Origin: Octopus vulgaris
Taxonomy: Eukaryota
Assembly (NCBI GenBank): GCA_951406725.2
Contig: OX597816.1
Coordinates: 73,904,001 to 73,968,000, forward strand
DNA length: 64,000 nt
Direction: 5' to 3'
A program made the position numbers and the translations under genes. Positions 12,701 to 25,017 of this stretch are shown piece by piece; the stretch's first letter is position 1; each line of letters opens with the position of its first letter. Under the pieces are notes generated by a model, which saw only the letters and a program-made list of their open reading frames with translations, searched no databases and was not told where the DNA came from.

Positions 12701-13099
12701 TATAGTAATTATAATTAAATTTATGCGTTGTCATTCTATATAAACGTTGGGATGTCATTTCCTACACACCACATGATGATGAACATGTATATATCTTTCA
12801 AGGTAAACACTCATATGCGTTCAGAGACAAGGTACAGCAACACCCTTGGAAAATAAGTGTTTACCCTAAGTATTATACATCATCACCATCATTTTAAAAT
12901 CCATTTTTCCACACTTGCACGGGTCAGATGGAATTAAATAAAGCAGGTTTTCTATGTCCAGATTCTCTTCCTGTTTCCAAACAAGGTAATATATATCCAT
13001 GACCAGATATGTTCTGGCAAGACTGGCAATGAGTGACTCATATGATGGTAACACTGGTTCAGAACTATGCCATAATAACAAGACAAAGCGTCACAAATA

Positions 13100-13322
13100 A
13101 CATATATGTGTGTGTGTGTGTGTTTGTGATGGGCTTCTTTTTGTTTCTATGTAACAAATCCACTCACAAGGTTTTGGTTGGCCAAGGGCTACAGCAGAAA
13201 AGACTTGCCCAAAGTACCATGCAGTGGGACTGAACCTGAAGTCATTCAGTTGGGAAGCAAGCTTCTTAACCACACACCTGTTCCTTTATCACTGTCTCTG
13301 TCTTTCTGTCTGTCTCTCTCTC

Positions 13323-13356
<34 letters not shown>

Positions 13357-13490
13357 CAGGCATAGGAGTGGCTATGTGGTAAGAAGCTTGCTTCCAGGTT
13401 CAGTCCCACTGCATGACACCTTGGGCAAGTGTCTTCTACTATAGCCCTGGGCTGACCAAAGCCTTGTGAGTAGATTTGGTGGATGGAAAC

Positions 13491-13521
<31 letters not shown>

Positions 13522-13725
13522 ATGTGTTTGTCCCCCACCACCACTACAATCACTTGACAACCAATATTGGTATTTTTATGTCCCCTCATAACTTAGTGGT
13601 TCAGCAAAAGAGACCAATAGAATATGTACTAGGCTTACAAAGCATGAGTCCTGGGGTCGATTTGTTCAAATAAAGGTGGTGCTCCGGCTTGGCCGCAGTC
13701 AAATGACTAAAACAAGTAAAAGAAT
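13100..13725. mobile_element. Two SINE family A copies, head to head (13100-13280 minus; 13358-13725 plus)
   Basis: Both collinear with 12301-12700. Confidence 0.7.
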
Positions 13726-13799
13726 ATATGTATGTACATATGTGTGTATGTATGCACGTATGCATGAAATGATGAAAATATTACAAACATGGTAAAATT

Positions 13800-14150
13800 A
13801 CTAAGAATCCATTCTTTGATTGAAAAGGTCAATAACTTCCTCCTTGATGCTTCAATGACTGTTAAAGAAATCTTTCTCCAGTGAAACCATTCCAATGAAT
13901 TCGTTTAGCCTTTCCTGATTTACAGTACTTCTCAGAGAGAGTTTTAGTTCTTCTAATATTGAAAAGCAGCAATCACAATCTGAATCGGTTCACAGGAATT
14001 GTCAAGAGAATTTTTAACAGTGTTGTAATTTCCTTAAGAATGCCATCTAAATCAGGGTTTGGTAAAGTGGTCAATATTAACTTCTGAAGGTCAAGATTTT
14101 GAGTATTAAAGGTGCTTTTTATTAACAAACAGACTTCACTTAATGTTTCT
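13800..14150 (-). pseudogene. hAT transposase C-terminal dimerisation domain remnant
   Basis: EITTLLKILLTIPV, then after a frameshift TDSDCDCCFSILEELKLSLRSTVNQERLN, resembling the hATC motif LLTIPVTSASCERSFS..LRSTM.QERLN. Confidence 0.65.
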
Positions 14151-14153
14151 GTA

Positions 14154-14186
<33 letters not shown>

Positions 14187-14188
<2 letters not shown>

Positions 14189-15794
14189 GGCCCCAGGCCC
14201 ATCAGGAATCACTGCAGAGATGCTCAAAATGTCTGGTAGTGTCGGCTATAGCCTAGTCACCCGTATAGTTAATCAGGTGATACACAAAGGGGTCATGCCC
14301 AATGACTGGTGTAGCAGTATAATAGTCAACTGCTACAAAGGTAAAGGTGATGCCCTAGATACAAATAACTACAGAGGTATCAAGCTGTTGGACCAGGTGA
14401 TGAAGGTTACGGAGAGGGTCATAGCCCAACTAATTAGAGAGAGAGTTAGTTTAGATGAGATGCAGTTTGGGTTTGTGCCAGGGAAAAGTACTACTGATGC
14501 TATATTCCTGGTAAGGCAGCTGCAGGAGAAATACCTAGCCAAAGATAAGCCCCTGTACCTGGCTTTTGTTGACATGGAGAAAGCCTTCGACAGGGTCCCC
14601 CGATCCCTTATCTGGTGGGCAATGAGGAAACTAGGAATAGATGAATGGTTAGTGAGAGCTGTGCGGGCCATGTATAGGGACGCCGCTAGTAGGGTGAGGG
14701 TTGGAAATGTGTACAGTGAAGAATTCCGGGTAGAGGTAGGAGTCCACCAAGGCTCAGTACTCAGCCCCCTCCTATTTATCATAGTCCTCCAGGCAATAAC
14801 GGAGGAATTCAAGACAGGATGCCCTTGGGAGCTCCTCTATGCTGATGACCTTGCTCTAATTGCTGAGTCGCTATCAGAACTGGAGGAGAAGTTTCAGGTG
14901 TGGAAACAAGGATTAGAATCGAAGGGCCTCAGAGTCAATCTAGCTAAAACCAAAGTCGTAATCAGTAGGAAGGTAGACAAATCACAAACACCTTCAGGTA
15001 GATGGCCCTGCTCGATCTGTAGAAAAGGTGTAGGTAGAAACTCTATAAGATGCACCAAGTGTAAGCTATGGACACATAAGAGATGCAGCAATGTCAAAGG
15101 AAGGCTAACTAGGAAGATGGTTTTTGTATGTGGCAGATGCTCAGGAACAATAAACACTGAAAATGCTCTGAGACCAACTTCCATCACTTTCCAGGGAGAA
15201 AAACTAGAAATAGTTGATAGTTTCCGTTACCTAGGTGACCAAGTCAGCAGCGGGGGCGGGTGTGCTGAAAGTGTAACTGCTAGAGTAAGAATAGCTTGGG
15301 CAAAGTTCAGAGAGCTCTTACCTCTGCTGGTGACAAAAGGCCTCTCGCACAGAGTGAAAGGCAGACTGTATGATGTGTGTGTACGAACAGCCATGCTACA
15401 TGGCAGTGAAACATGGGCCGTGACTGCTGAGGATATGCGTAAGCTCGCTAGAAATGAAGCCAGTATGCTCCGATGGATGTGTAATGCCAGTACTCACACT
15501 CGGCAGAGTGTAAGTACCTTGAGAGAAAAGCTGGACCTAAGAAGCATCAGTTGTGGTGTGCAAGAGAGACGTTTGCGCTGGTATGGTCATGTGGCGAGAA
15601 TGGATGAAGATAGTTGTGTGAAAAAGTGCCACACCCTAGCGGTTGAGGGAACCTGTGGAAGAGGCAGACCCAGGAAAACCTGGGACGAGGTGGTGAAGCA
15701 CGACCTTCGAACTTTAGGTCTCACTGAGGAAATGACTAGAGACCGAGACCTCTGGAAGTGTGCTGTGCGCGAGAAGACCCGGCAGGACAAGTGA
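14187..15794 (+). CDS. RTE reverse transcriptase (N-terminally truncated, no endonuclease) with inserted PHD finger
   Basis: NYRGIKLL, QFGF, FVDMEKAFDRV, GVHQGSVLSPLLF, LLYADD, FRYLG, RLRWYGHV, GRGRPRKTW; the ORF start runs in from the microsatellite. Confidence 0.88.
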
Positions 15795-16406
15795 GTCCAT
15801 AACCCATGGCCTTCTACATGGGATGGAGCCGGCCTACGTATGCATACCTTCCCTTCTTGGGACACAAAACTCTACTTGTGAAGACGTGTTGAGGCAAGTG
15901 AGGATCAGAATCGAAATCGATCAATGGAAATTGCGGATGTGCTACCAGTGCCGGTGGCATGTCAAAACTCTGCTTGTGAAGACCCGTTGAGGCAAGTGAG
16001 AATCAGAATCGAAATCGATCAATGGAAATCGATCAATGGAAATTGCAGATGTGTTACCAGTGCCGGTGGCATGTAAGAGAACTTTCCGTTTCGCGACCGT
16101 TGCCAGCACCGCCCCGTTTCGTGTCCGTTGCCAGCCTCGCCTGGCCCTCGTGCCGGTGGCACATAAAAAGCACCATCCGTTCGTGGCCGTTTGCCAGCTC
16201 TGTCTGGCACCAGTGCGGGTGGCACGTAAAAAGCACCCACTACACTCACGGAGTGGTTGGCGTTAGGAAGGGCATCCAGCCGTAGAAACACTGCCAGATT
16301 TGACTGGGCCTGATGAAGCCTTCTGGCTTCACAGACCCCAGTAGAACCGTCCAACCCATGCTAGCATGGAAAACGGACGCTAAACGATGATGATGATGAT
16401 GATGAT
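14189..16406 (+). mobile_element. RTE-clade LINE, 5'-truncated, young
   Basis: Uninterrupted RT ORF, 3' UTR with tandem units and stem-loop, (GAT)n tail, (TA)n on both sides. Confidence 0.93.
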
Positions 16407-16419
16407 ATATATATATTGA

Positions 16420-16861
16420 GCACCATTCATGTGTGGGTTATTGTCGGTGCCGCCTGACTGGCTCCCTTTGCCAGTAGCATGTAAAAAGCACCATCTGAGT
16501 ATGGTCAATGCCAGCTCCCCGCCCCCAACTGGCTCTTATGCCAGTAGCATATAAAAAGCACCATCTGAGTATGGTCAATGCCCCCCCCCCCCCGACTGGC
16601 TCTTGTGCCAGTAGCATATAAAAAGCACCAACCAAACGTGGTCAATGCCAGCACCATTTGACTGGCTCCCATGCTGATAGCATGTAAAAAGCACCCACTA
16701 CACTCTCAGAGTGGTTGGCATTAGGAAGGGCATCCAGCTGAAGAAACATTGCCAAATCAGATTGGAGCTTGGTGCAGCCTCCTGGCTTCCCAGTCCCAAT
16801 CAAACCATCCAATCTATGCCAGCATGGAAAACAGACGTTAAATGATGATGATGATGATGAT
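16420..16861 (+). mobile_element. Older RTE 3' end
   Basis: Repeated GACTGGCTCC..AAAAAGCACC units and (GAT)n tail. Confidence 0.75.
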
Positions 16862-16898
16862 ATACACATACACATATATGTGTGTGTGTGTGTGTGTG

Positions 16899-17212
16899 GA
16901 GGCGCAATGGCCCAGTGGTTAGGGCAGCGGACTCGCAGTCGGAGGATCGTGGTTTCGATTCCCAGACCTGGCGTTGCGTGTTTATTGAGCGAAAACACCT
17001 AAAGCTCCATAAGGCTCCGGCAGAGGGTGGTGGCAACCCCTGTTGTACTCTTTCACCCCAACTTTCTCTCATTCTTTCTTTCTGTTTCTTGAGTAATGCT
17101 GTGATGGACTGGCGTCCCGTCCAGCGGGGGGGGGGACACATATGCCACAGAAACCGGGACACCGGGCCCATGAGCCTGGCTAGGCTTGAAAAGGGCGCAT
17201 AAATAAAAAAAA
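16899..17212 (+). mobile_element. tRNA-derived SINE family C (Meta-like segment)
   Basis: TGGCCCAGTGGTTAGGGC..GGTTTCGATTCCC head; GATGGACTGGCGTCCCGTCCAG..CAGAAACCGGG; A-rich tail. Confidence 0.7.
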
Positions 17213-17859
17213 TAATAACATATATATATATCTATATAATCCAGCAAGTGTACACTATCTTGTTGTACTCTATATACTCTACCAAAATGAGATCTGAGGA
17301 GTAGAAGCTACTAAAGTAGCAGGAGGAGGAAACAAATAGGACAAGGTGAAGGCCAGAGGTTGAGGTGTGAAGGTGAGTGACACTATATTAACCAGTAAGG
17401 TGGTTATTTTTTTTGACGTCCATCCATGTATGCAATGCCAACTGTATCATCCCAGATGTGAGACCAGTTAAGGGTCTCAGAAGAGCCTTAGAGAGACTGT
17501 GATCTCTTAGGGTTGAGATAGTTGGACTAATGAGAAAGATGAAATAGATGTGAAAGTTGAACTGAAATGAAGGCTGTAAAATAGCTTGCTGGTTTAAAAG
17601 ATTAAAGATCAATGAATGAAGAATGAAAAGGTAGAGAAATCAATACCACAACTGTGAACCAGTTGTTGAATCTTCAGCAATCAATCAGATGGCCTTATTT
17701 TTGAATGTGGTCAGGTGGTCCACGTATGTGTGTAATATAATCTTATATGTGCTTGTAACACACAAATATATGTATGTTTGTTTTTAATACTATTATTCAG
17801 GGGTATCCAATATCTAAAGCATTTAAGGCCAGGGGTTTTAGATATATATATTATCCACT

Positions 17860-18898
17860 AAAAATGGACAGAAAATAGACTCCGTCAAATGCCAGTTGGG
17901 TAAGCTAGAGGTAGTTGATATCTTCTGTTATTTAGGTGAACAAGTCAGTAGCAGAGGTGGATGCTCTGAGAGTGTAGCTACGAGAATAAGAATAGGCTGG
18001 GCAAAGTTCAGAGAGCTCCAGCCTCTGTTGGTAACAAAGGGCCTCCTTCGCAGAATAAAAGACGGACTGTATAATGCCTGTGTGAGAACAGCTGTGCTAC
18101 ACGGCAGTGAAACATGGGCTGTGACTGCTGAGGTCATGTGTAGGCTTGAAAGAAATGAAGCTAGCATGCTTCGCTGAATGTGCAATGTCAGTGTGCATGT
18201 ATGACAGAGTGTAAGCAATTTGAGAGAAAAGTTGGGCATAAGAGGCATCAGATGTGGTGCGCAAGAGAGACAACTGTGCTGGTATAGTCATGTGATATGT
18301 ATGGATGAGGACAGCTGTATAAACAAGTGCTGATCTATAACTGTGGAGGGAACCTGTGGGAAAGGTAGACCTAGAAATACATGGAGCATGGTGGTGAAGC
18401 ATGATCTTTGAAAGCTGGGCCTCACGGAGGCAATGACTAGTGACTGAGACCTTTGATGATATGCTGTGCATGAGAAGACCCATCAAGCTAAGTGAAATCA
18501 TAGTCATGGCTGATGCCAGTGTCGCGTAACTGGCACTTGAGCTGGTGGCACATAAAAATCACCTTTTGAGTGTTGGACTTGACGGAGGTGATGACAAACA
18601 ACCAAGACCTTTGGTGATATACTGTACTTGAGAAGAAGAACCATCAAGTCAAGTGAAATCATAGTCGTGGCAGATACTGGTGTCACACAAATGGCACCCA
18701 TCCTGGTGGCACGTAAAAACACCTATTACACTCTTGGAGTGGTTGGCATGAGGAAGGACATCCAGCTGTAGAAAGTATACCAAATCAGATAGCAGTCTGG
18801 TGCCACCCCTCAGCTTACCAGCCCTGGTCAAACCATCCAAACCATGCCAGCATGGACAATGGACATTAAATGATGATGATGATGATGATGACGATGAT
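17860..18898 (+). mobile_element. Degraded RTE copy (ORF C-terminus and 3' UTR)
   Basis: KLEVVDIFCYLGEQVSSRGGCSESVATRIRIGWAKFREL aligns to 15200 onward; several stops. Confidence 0.85.
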
Positions 18899-19534
18899 AC
18901 ATACAATACTTGCATATATATATATATATATATATAAGTAGATAGATAGATAGAGAGAGAGAGAGAGAAAGATAGATAGAGATAGATAGATAGAGATAGA
19001 TAGATAGAGAGACAGATAGATAGAGAGACAGATAGATAGACAGACAGATAGATAGATGCAAGCATATATATTCACTCATGTATGTGTGCATACCCATGTA
19101 CACACTCATGCATACACACACACACACACATACACATACATAGATATATCTCAAATAAAATCTGTCATAACTAGATTTATTGCATCTGCCAGTAGCGAGC
19201 TGTCAGTAATTCTACCCCATCTGTTGGCTTCTTCTCTTCCTGGTTGATGCTGCACAATGAAGGTAGTTAAATGGTTGCTTCTCTGCTTCCATTCCAAACA
19301 AATTTGCAGCCATGGGTAGTTTTGTGAGGCTTCAAAATCTAACTCCTTTGACGTCTGATGGTTTTGTGTCTTAAAATGGTTTTTATAAGGATCAGCTTAT
19401 TTTCAGAATTAGAATATCTATTACTTAAATAGGAAACCCTAGCAGAGTAATGTTAAATATGTGAGGTTGCTATGTGGAACTGGAGAGAAACTGTAAGACT
19501 GATCATTTGTAGTCAGGTGAAGAAAGTTGATTTC

Positions 19535-19715
19535 AAATTTTAGCACAAGGCCAGCAACTTTGGGGGATGGGGTAAGTCAATTACATCACCTGAGTTCGAG
19601 AGGATGAAAGGCAAAGTCATCACGTGGTGAAATTTGAACCTAGAACGTAAAGATGGACAAGTTGCCTTAAAGCAATTTTCCAGGTGTACTAATGATTCTG
19701 CTAGGTCATCACCTT
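19535..19715 (-). mobile_element. SINE family B, degraded
   Basis: GGATGAAAGGCAAAGTC..ATTTGAACCTAGAACG. Confidence 0.6.
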
Positions 19716-20925
19716 GGAAACGTTAAGGACATTAACTGTATCAAGCAGTGCAAGACTATTTGATGTATGGGGGGTGGGGCTTCAGATGATGACACAAGAC
19801 TAGTCATACTCCTAATGAGTTTCAAATTCATCAGACATCAAGGTATTTTTTTAATTAATACTAATATGCATGCACGCTCCCTTCCACCACCACCACTATC
19901 ACCACCACCACCACACATACATACATGTAATACAAAACCGTTTGCAAACACACACTGGGGCTCTACAGATTCTTCAGACCTTTGGACCCTGTCAAACCAT
20001 CAAACTCACGCCAGCATGGAACACAGATGCTAAATGATGCTAATGGTTACAAGTGAGTGAACAAAAGGAAAAAAAAAGGCAGGACTCAATACATTTGGTA
20101 GGAGTTACATACATTCCAAATAAATATTTGATTCTGTTTCCCTGTGACCATACATGTTTTCACACTAGGTGTGGATGTTTGTGTCTCATGCTTCAGCAAT
20201 GTGCAATATTTGTAAAGATGACACGTCATCATACAAACCATGTCATTCATTTCTAGTCTTTCATGAAAAACATGTCTGGTCACGGAGAAATATTATCTTG
20301 CTGGGAAACAGACGAAGGTGGGTAACAGGAAGAGCATCTGGCTGCCGAAATCTGCCTCTAGATATTCCATCTGACTAAATGTCAACATGGAAAAGTGGGT
20401 GTTAAATGATGATAATGATAATGACCACGCGACCGGACGGTGATGATGAAGTGGAGGAAGTGGTAGACATTTGTAACTCTGTAACTGCCTGTGAACTCTG
20501 GAACCTAATACTTGTGTATCATTAGTGGTGGTGTCAATAACAAGCCAGTGTTGTTCTATTTTTACACTGACACTTTCAGGTCTTCCCTCATAGTGTGTGA
20601 CTGAGTATTCTATTATGTATACATGCATATATTTCAACATATGTGTGCATGTGTGTATGTTGTATGCAGGCATGGCTGTGTGATTAACAAACACACTTCC
20701 CAAGGATCTACCTTAGCCCCAGGCTGACCAAATCCTTGTGAGTGGATTTAATAGAAATGAAAGAAGCCCATTATGTATGTGTGTACATCTGTGTGTGTGT
20801 GTACATCTGTGTGTTTGTGTGTACATCTGTGTGTTTGTGTATATATATATATATATATATATGTAGTCCAACCCATGCCAGCAGGAAAAGTGGATGTTAA
20901 ATCATGATGATGATGATGAAATATA

Positions 20926-21791
20926 CAGGGTGCGATGAGTAAATTGTCGCCATTTTATATTTTCAATTTCACACATGCGCATTGTTTGTTTTTTGATTTT
21001 GTCAACTACACAGTATAGTAGGGTCAGTTGAGCACTGCCTGTGAGAAAAATAGCACCATGACGCAATTCACACTGCCAGAAATTTGGAAACTACATGCTG
21101 TACTGTTTGGCATTTGCACCAGAAACTCCAATACGAACATTTCAGAGTGTTTGGGTATCAATCTGAGGACGCACTGAGAAAGATAAAAAACAAACATCCA
21201 GTCAACATCATGGTGTTTAGAGTAATCACTAGTGATGTCGATGTTAAAGCCTCCATTCATCTTCCCATATGGTCTCAGACTCAACATGGAGGCCAACATC
21301 AAGTGACTGGAGGAGGTAGTGTTGCCCAGGGTCAAGAGGGTGGATAGTAGAAGACCCTATGTCTGGCAATAGGACTTTGCATCATGCCACACAAGCAGGG
21401 GAACCCAGTCATGGTTGTCGGACAATTTCTGCAACCACATCACCCCTAACATCTGGCCACCAAACTTCCCAAACTGCAACTCCTTGATTATTATGTGTGG
21501 GGCACAGTTGAGCAAGAGACCAACAAAACTCCTTTTAGCACCAAAGATGAACTGAAGGCAAGGATTATGGCAGCATTGACTAACAAGGAGACCATCCAGA
21601 AGAGTTGCAGGAGATTCCAAAATTGTCTGGAGGCCGTGGTTGAAGCCAATTGTGATTTTATTGAATAAATTTACTCTTTAGTATTTCAAGATATTTTTAT
21701 GTAATTTTGGTAAATATATCTGTTAAAATGAGATATCAGTGTCATTTTCATTTTTGCGTAATTTAGACAACACTTTATTTACTGCACCATG
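20926..21791 (+). mobile_element. Internally deleted DD37D (maT-type) Tc1/mariner transposon
   Basis: TA-flanked imperfect TIRs CAGGGTGCG../..TGCACCATG; KHPVNIMVF, VWQ*D followed by 37 aa including IWPPNFPNCN, then (1-nt frameshift) LDYYVWG. Confidence 0.85.
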
Positions 21792-21805
21792 TATGTATGT
21801 ATGTA

Positions 21806-21870
<65 letters not shown>

Positions 21871-21908
21871 GTGTGTGTGTGTGTGTATATATATATATGT
21901 GTGTGTGT

Positions 21909-21930
<22 letters not shown>

Positions 21931-21943
<13 letters not shown>

Positions 21944-22158
21944 TTAGAGACAAAACCACTATTTTGCAAAACAAACAAGGAAATTTCATAATTTGAAACT
22001 GACTTGAAAATCGGAAATCCACCTGAAGATTGTTGATTAAGACATGAAACAATTGTAGTGGCGGTTTTTTTACTTTTTATTAAAATTTTATGTATTGATT
22101 AAGTCTTTCCTTGTTTGTTTTGCAAAATAGTGGTTTTGTCTCTAATTAATATTATATA
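21931..22158. repeat. Perfect 53-bp inverted repeat enclosing a hammerhead (probable Penelope inverted pLTR)
   Basis: 21931-21983 is the reverse complement of 22106-22158; embedded in (TA)n. Confidence 0.85.
22019..22061 (+). ncRNA. Minimal type I hammerhead ribozyme motif
   Basis: CCAC-CTGAAGA-T-TGTT gattaa GACA-T-GAAA-CAATTG-TA-GTGG; palindromic helix III and GUA site. Confidence 0.8.
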
Positions 22159-22234
22159 ATATTTTACTATAAAATTGGATTTAATCCTAAATCTGATTTT
22201 TTTCCCTGTAAATTTGGATTTATTCCCTAATATT

Positions 22235-22327
<93 letters not shown>

Positions 22328-22492
22328 CATACATATACAAGAGTTACAGAATTGAGTATGGGAAATCCAGGCTACATATGTTTCATAGCAAGTGAAACCT
22401 CAGAAGTGGTAGAATACAAGTGAGGTGTATACTGCTGGCTACTCTTCATTTCACATTCCCCCCAGTCTACTCAGCTGTAAATGAGTACCAAC

Positions 22493-22737
22493 CTCAAAAG
22501 GAACTCAGCCACTTTGCCTCCCTAAGATCCATCACTCAAAAGGAACTCAGCCACTTTGCCTCCCTAAAACCCAACACTCGAAAGGAACTCAGCCACTTTG
22601 CCTCCCTAAAACCCAACACTCAAAAGGAACTCAGCCACTTTGCCTCCCTAAGACCCAACACTCGAAAGGAACTCAGCCACTTTGCCTCTGTGAGACTCAA
22701 CGCTCAAAAGGAACTCAGCCACTTTGCCTCCATGAAG
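22493..22737. repeat. 42-bp minisatellite, about 6 copies, RTE-derived
   Basis: Unit AAAGGAACTCAGCCACTTTGCCTCCCTAAGACCCAACACTCG; same unit at 4630-4790. Confidence 0.85.
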
Positions 22738-23019
22738 CATGTGCGTGTTTATTTGATCACACCTCTTGACAACCAGTGTTGGTGTGTTTATGTCCCCATA
22801 GCTTACCGGTTTGGCAAAAAGAGACAGTATAAGTACCAGGTTTATAAAAAATAGAAAAAAAACCAAGATTGATCCATTCATCTAAATTGTCTTCAAGGCA
22901 GTGCCCCAGCATGGCCAGAATCTAAGAACTGAAACAGGTAAAACATAAAACATGTCCTATCTGAATACTTACATTGATTACTAACTCATCCTACCACCAC
23001 TACCTTTGTTAAGTTATAA

Positions 23020-23390
23020 TCCTTCTCTCTCATACTATCTTTCTCTCTCCTTGTCTCTCATACCTTACCTCTCTCTCTCATACTGCCTCTCTTTTTCTCT
23101 CTCTCATACTGTCTTTCTCTCTCTCTCTCTCATGCTATCTTCCTCTTTCCTTCTCTCTCGCACTCACTCTCATAATCTCTCTCTCCCATACTGTCTCTCT
23201 CCCTCTCGCTCATGCTACCTTCTTCTTTCCTTCTCTCTCGCACTTACCTCTCTTTCTCATACTATGTCTCTTTCTCTCTCTCCCTCTTTCTCTCATATCC
23301 TCTCTTGTACACCCTCACTGTCTTTCTGTCACCCAATCTATTTCTCACTCCCTCTCTCACACACGCTCTCTCTCTCTTTCCCTCTTCCCC
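23020..23390. repeat. Complex (CT)-rich repeat, with an inverted counterpart at 25457-25800
   Basis: Shared 34-mer CATGCTATCTTCCTCTTTCCTTCTCTCTCGCACT. Confidence 0.75.
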
Positions 23391-23762
23391 AATATACCAG
23401 GGTTGTACGTCTGCATACACACACACACACACTAGTATAAAAAAAAAAACAAGAGCAACAGCAACAGTAACAATAGCAGTACTAGATCTGTTATCACTCT
23501 CATTGCCTGGTCTTTGCTGCAACCATTGATGCAATAGATTTAATTGAAGCCTTTCTCATTTGCAACAAGAAGAAAGCCATAATCTGCCATAGAAAAGATG
23601 CTACATATCTGCCATAAATCAGATGGCGCCATTTTGTTAGAACAAACTGTCTTTTGGAGATTTTAGATTTCCACTTTAACCAAATCCTTGATAACAATCA
23701 CTTTGTTATGAATTTAATTTTCCAAATAAATCTTAATTGTTGGCAATGTGTGCTGTTTAAAC

Positions 23763-23799
<37 letters not shown>

Positions 23800-23820
23800 G
23801 TTACTATTTTTATTATTAAA

Positions 23821-24035
23821 GGCGGCGAGCTGGCAGAAACGCTAGCACGCTGCGTGAAATGCTTAGCGGTATTCCATCTGTCTTTACATTCTGAGTTCAA
23901 ATTCTGCCGAGGTTGACTTTGCCTTTCATTCTTTCGGGGTTGATAAATTAAGTACCAGTTGCGTACTGAGGTCAATCTAATCGACTGGCCCCCTCCCCCA
24001 AAATTTCGGGCCTTGTGCCTAGAATAAAAAAGATT
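23821..24035 (+). mobile_element. Full-length SINE family B in (ATT)n
   Basis: GGCGGCGAGCTGGCAGAA head, GAGTTCAAATTC B box, GCCTTTCATTCTTTCGGGGTTGATAAATTAAGTACCAG core, (ATT)n tail. Confidence 0.8.
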
Positions 24036-24150
24036 ATTATTATTGCCATTATTATTATTATCATTATTATTATTATTATCATTAATATTATTATTATTAT
24101 TGTCATTATTATTGTTGTCGTCGTCATCGTCATCATCATCATCATCATTG

Positions 24151-24187
<37 letters not shown>

Positions 24188-24263
24188 CATTGTCATTATT
24201 ATTAATGTAATTATTATTATTATTATTATTATTTTCATTATTATTATTATGATTATTATTATT

Positions 24264-24600
24264 GACGCATGGCTCAGTGGTTAGAGCGTCGAGCTTACGA
24301 TCGTGAGGTTGTGAGCTCGAATCCCGGACCGGGCTGCGTGTTGTGTTCTTGGGCAAGGCACTTTATTTCACGTTGCTCCAGTTCACTCAGCTGTAGAAAT
24401 GAGTTGCGACGTCACTGGTACCAAGCTGTATCGACCTTTGTCTTTCCCTTGGATAACACTGGTGGCGTGGAGAGGGGAGGCTGGTATGCATGGGCGACTG
24501 CTGGTCTTCCATAAACAACCTTGCCCGGACTTGTGTCTAGGAGGGTAACTTTCTAGGTGCAATCCCATGGTCATTCATGACCGAAGGGGGTCTTTTACCT
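24264..24600 (+). mobile_element. tRNA-derived SINE, young
   Basis: TGGCTCAGTGGTTAGAGCG..GAGCTCGAATCCC, TGTGTTCTTGGGCAAGGCAC..CACTCAGCTG; CpG retained. Confidence 0.8.
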
Positions 24601-25017
24601 TTATTATTATTATTATTGACAGTAAATCTCATCGACAAAATCATGAAGCAGGGAAATCAACAGGGTTTTATTTTCACTTGTTTTGGTTTTGTAAAAAAAT
24701 AAATAAATTGTTATTGATCTTTTGATTGCAAGATATCTGCTAGATTTGTATAGGTATTAAAATATTTTGTTCTCTTTTTTTGATTTGCAAGAGTCTTGGT
24801 GTGAATGACCCCCACTGAGATATATAAAAATTTTGGGGGAGAAGGCCAGTCAAGTAGATCGACCCCAGTACACAACTGGTACTTAATTTATCTCCTCCCC
24901 ACCCCTGAAAGGATGAAAAGCAAAGTTAATGTCAACAGAATTTGAACTCAGAACGTAAAGCATTTTGCCCAGCTTGGTAACGTTTCTGCCAGCTCGCTGC
25001 TGTTTTAAAACTCTTAA

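Noticed and set aside
14112-14186. N-terminal extension of the RT ORF
   Set aside because: Read-through from the flanking hAT remnant and (TA)n; RTE homology begins at APGPSG.
16310-16345. CTGATGA in the RTE 3' hairpin as a hammerhead core
   Set aside because: Other copies read CTGGTGC, and there is no GAAA or helix III after the stem.
24264-24340. tRNA gene (also at 16899 and 31280)
   Set aside because: tRNA-like A and B boxes run into a SINE body; no acceptor stem or terminator.
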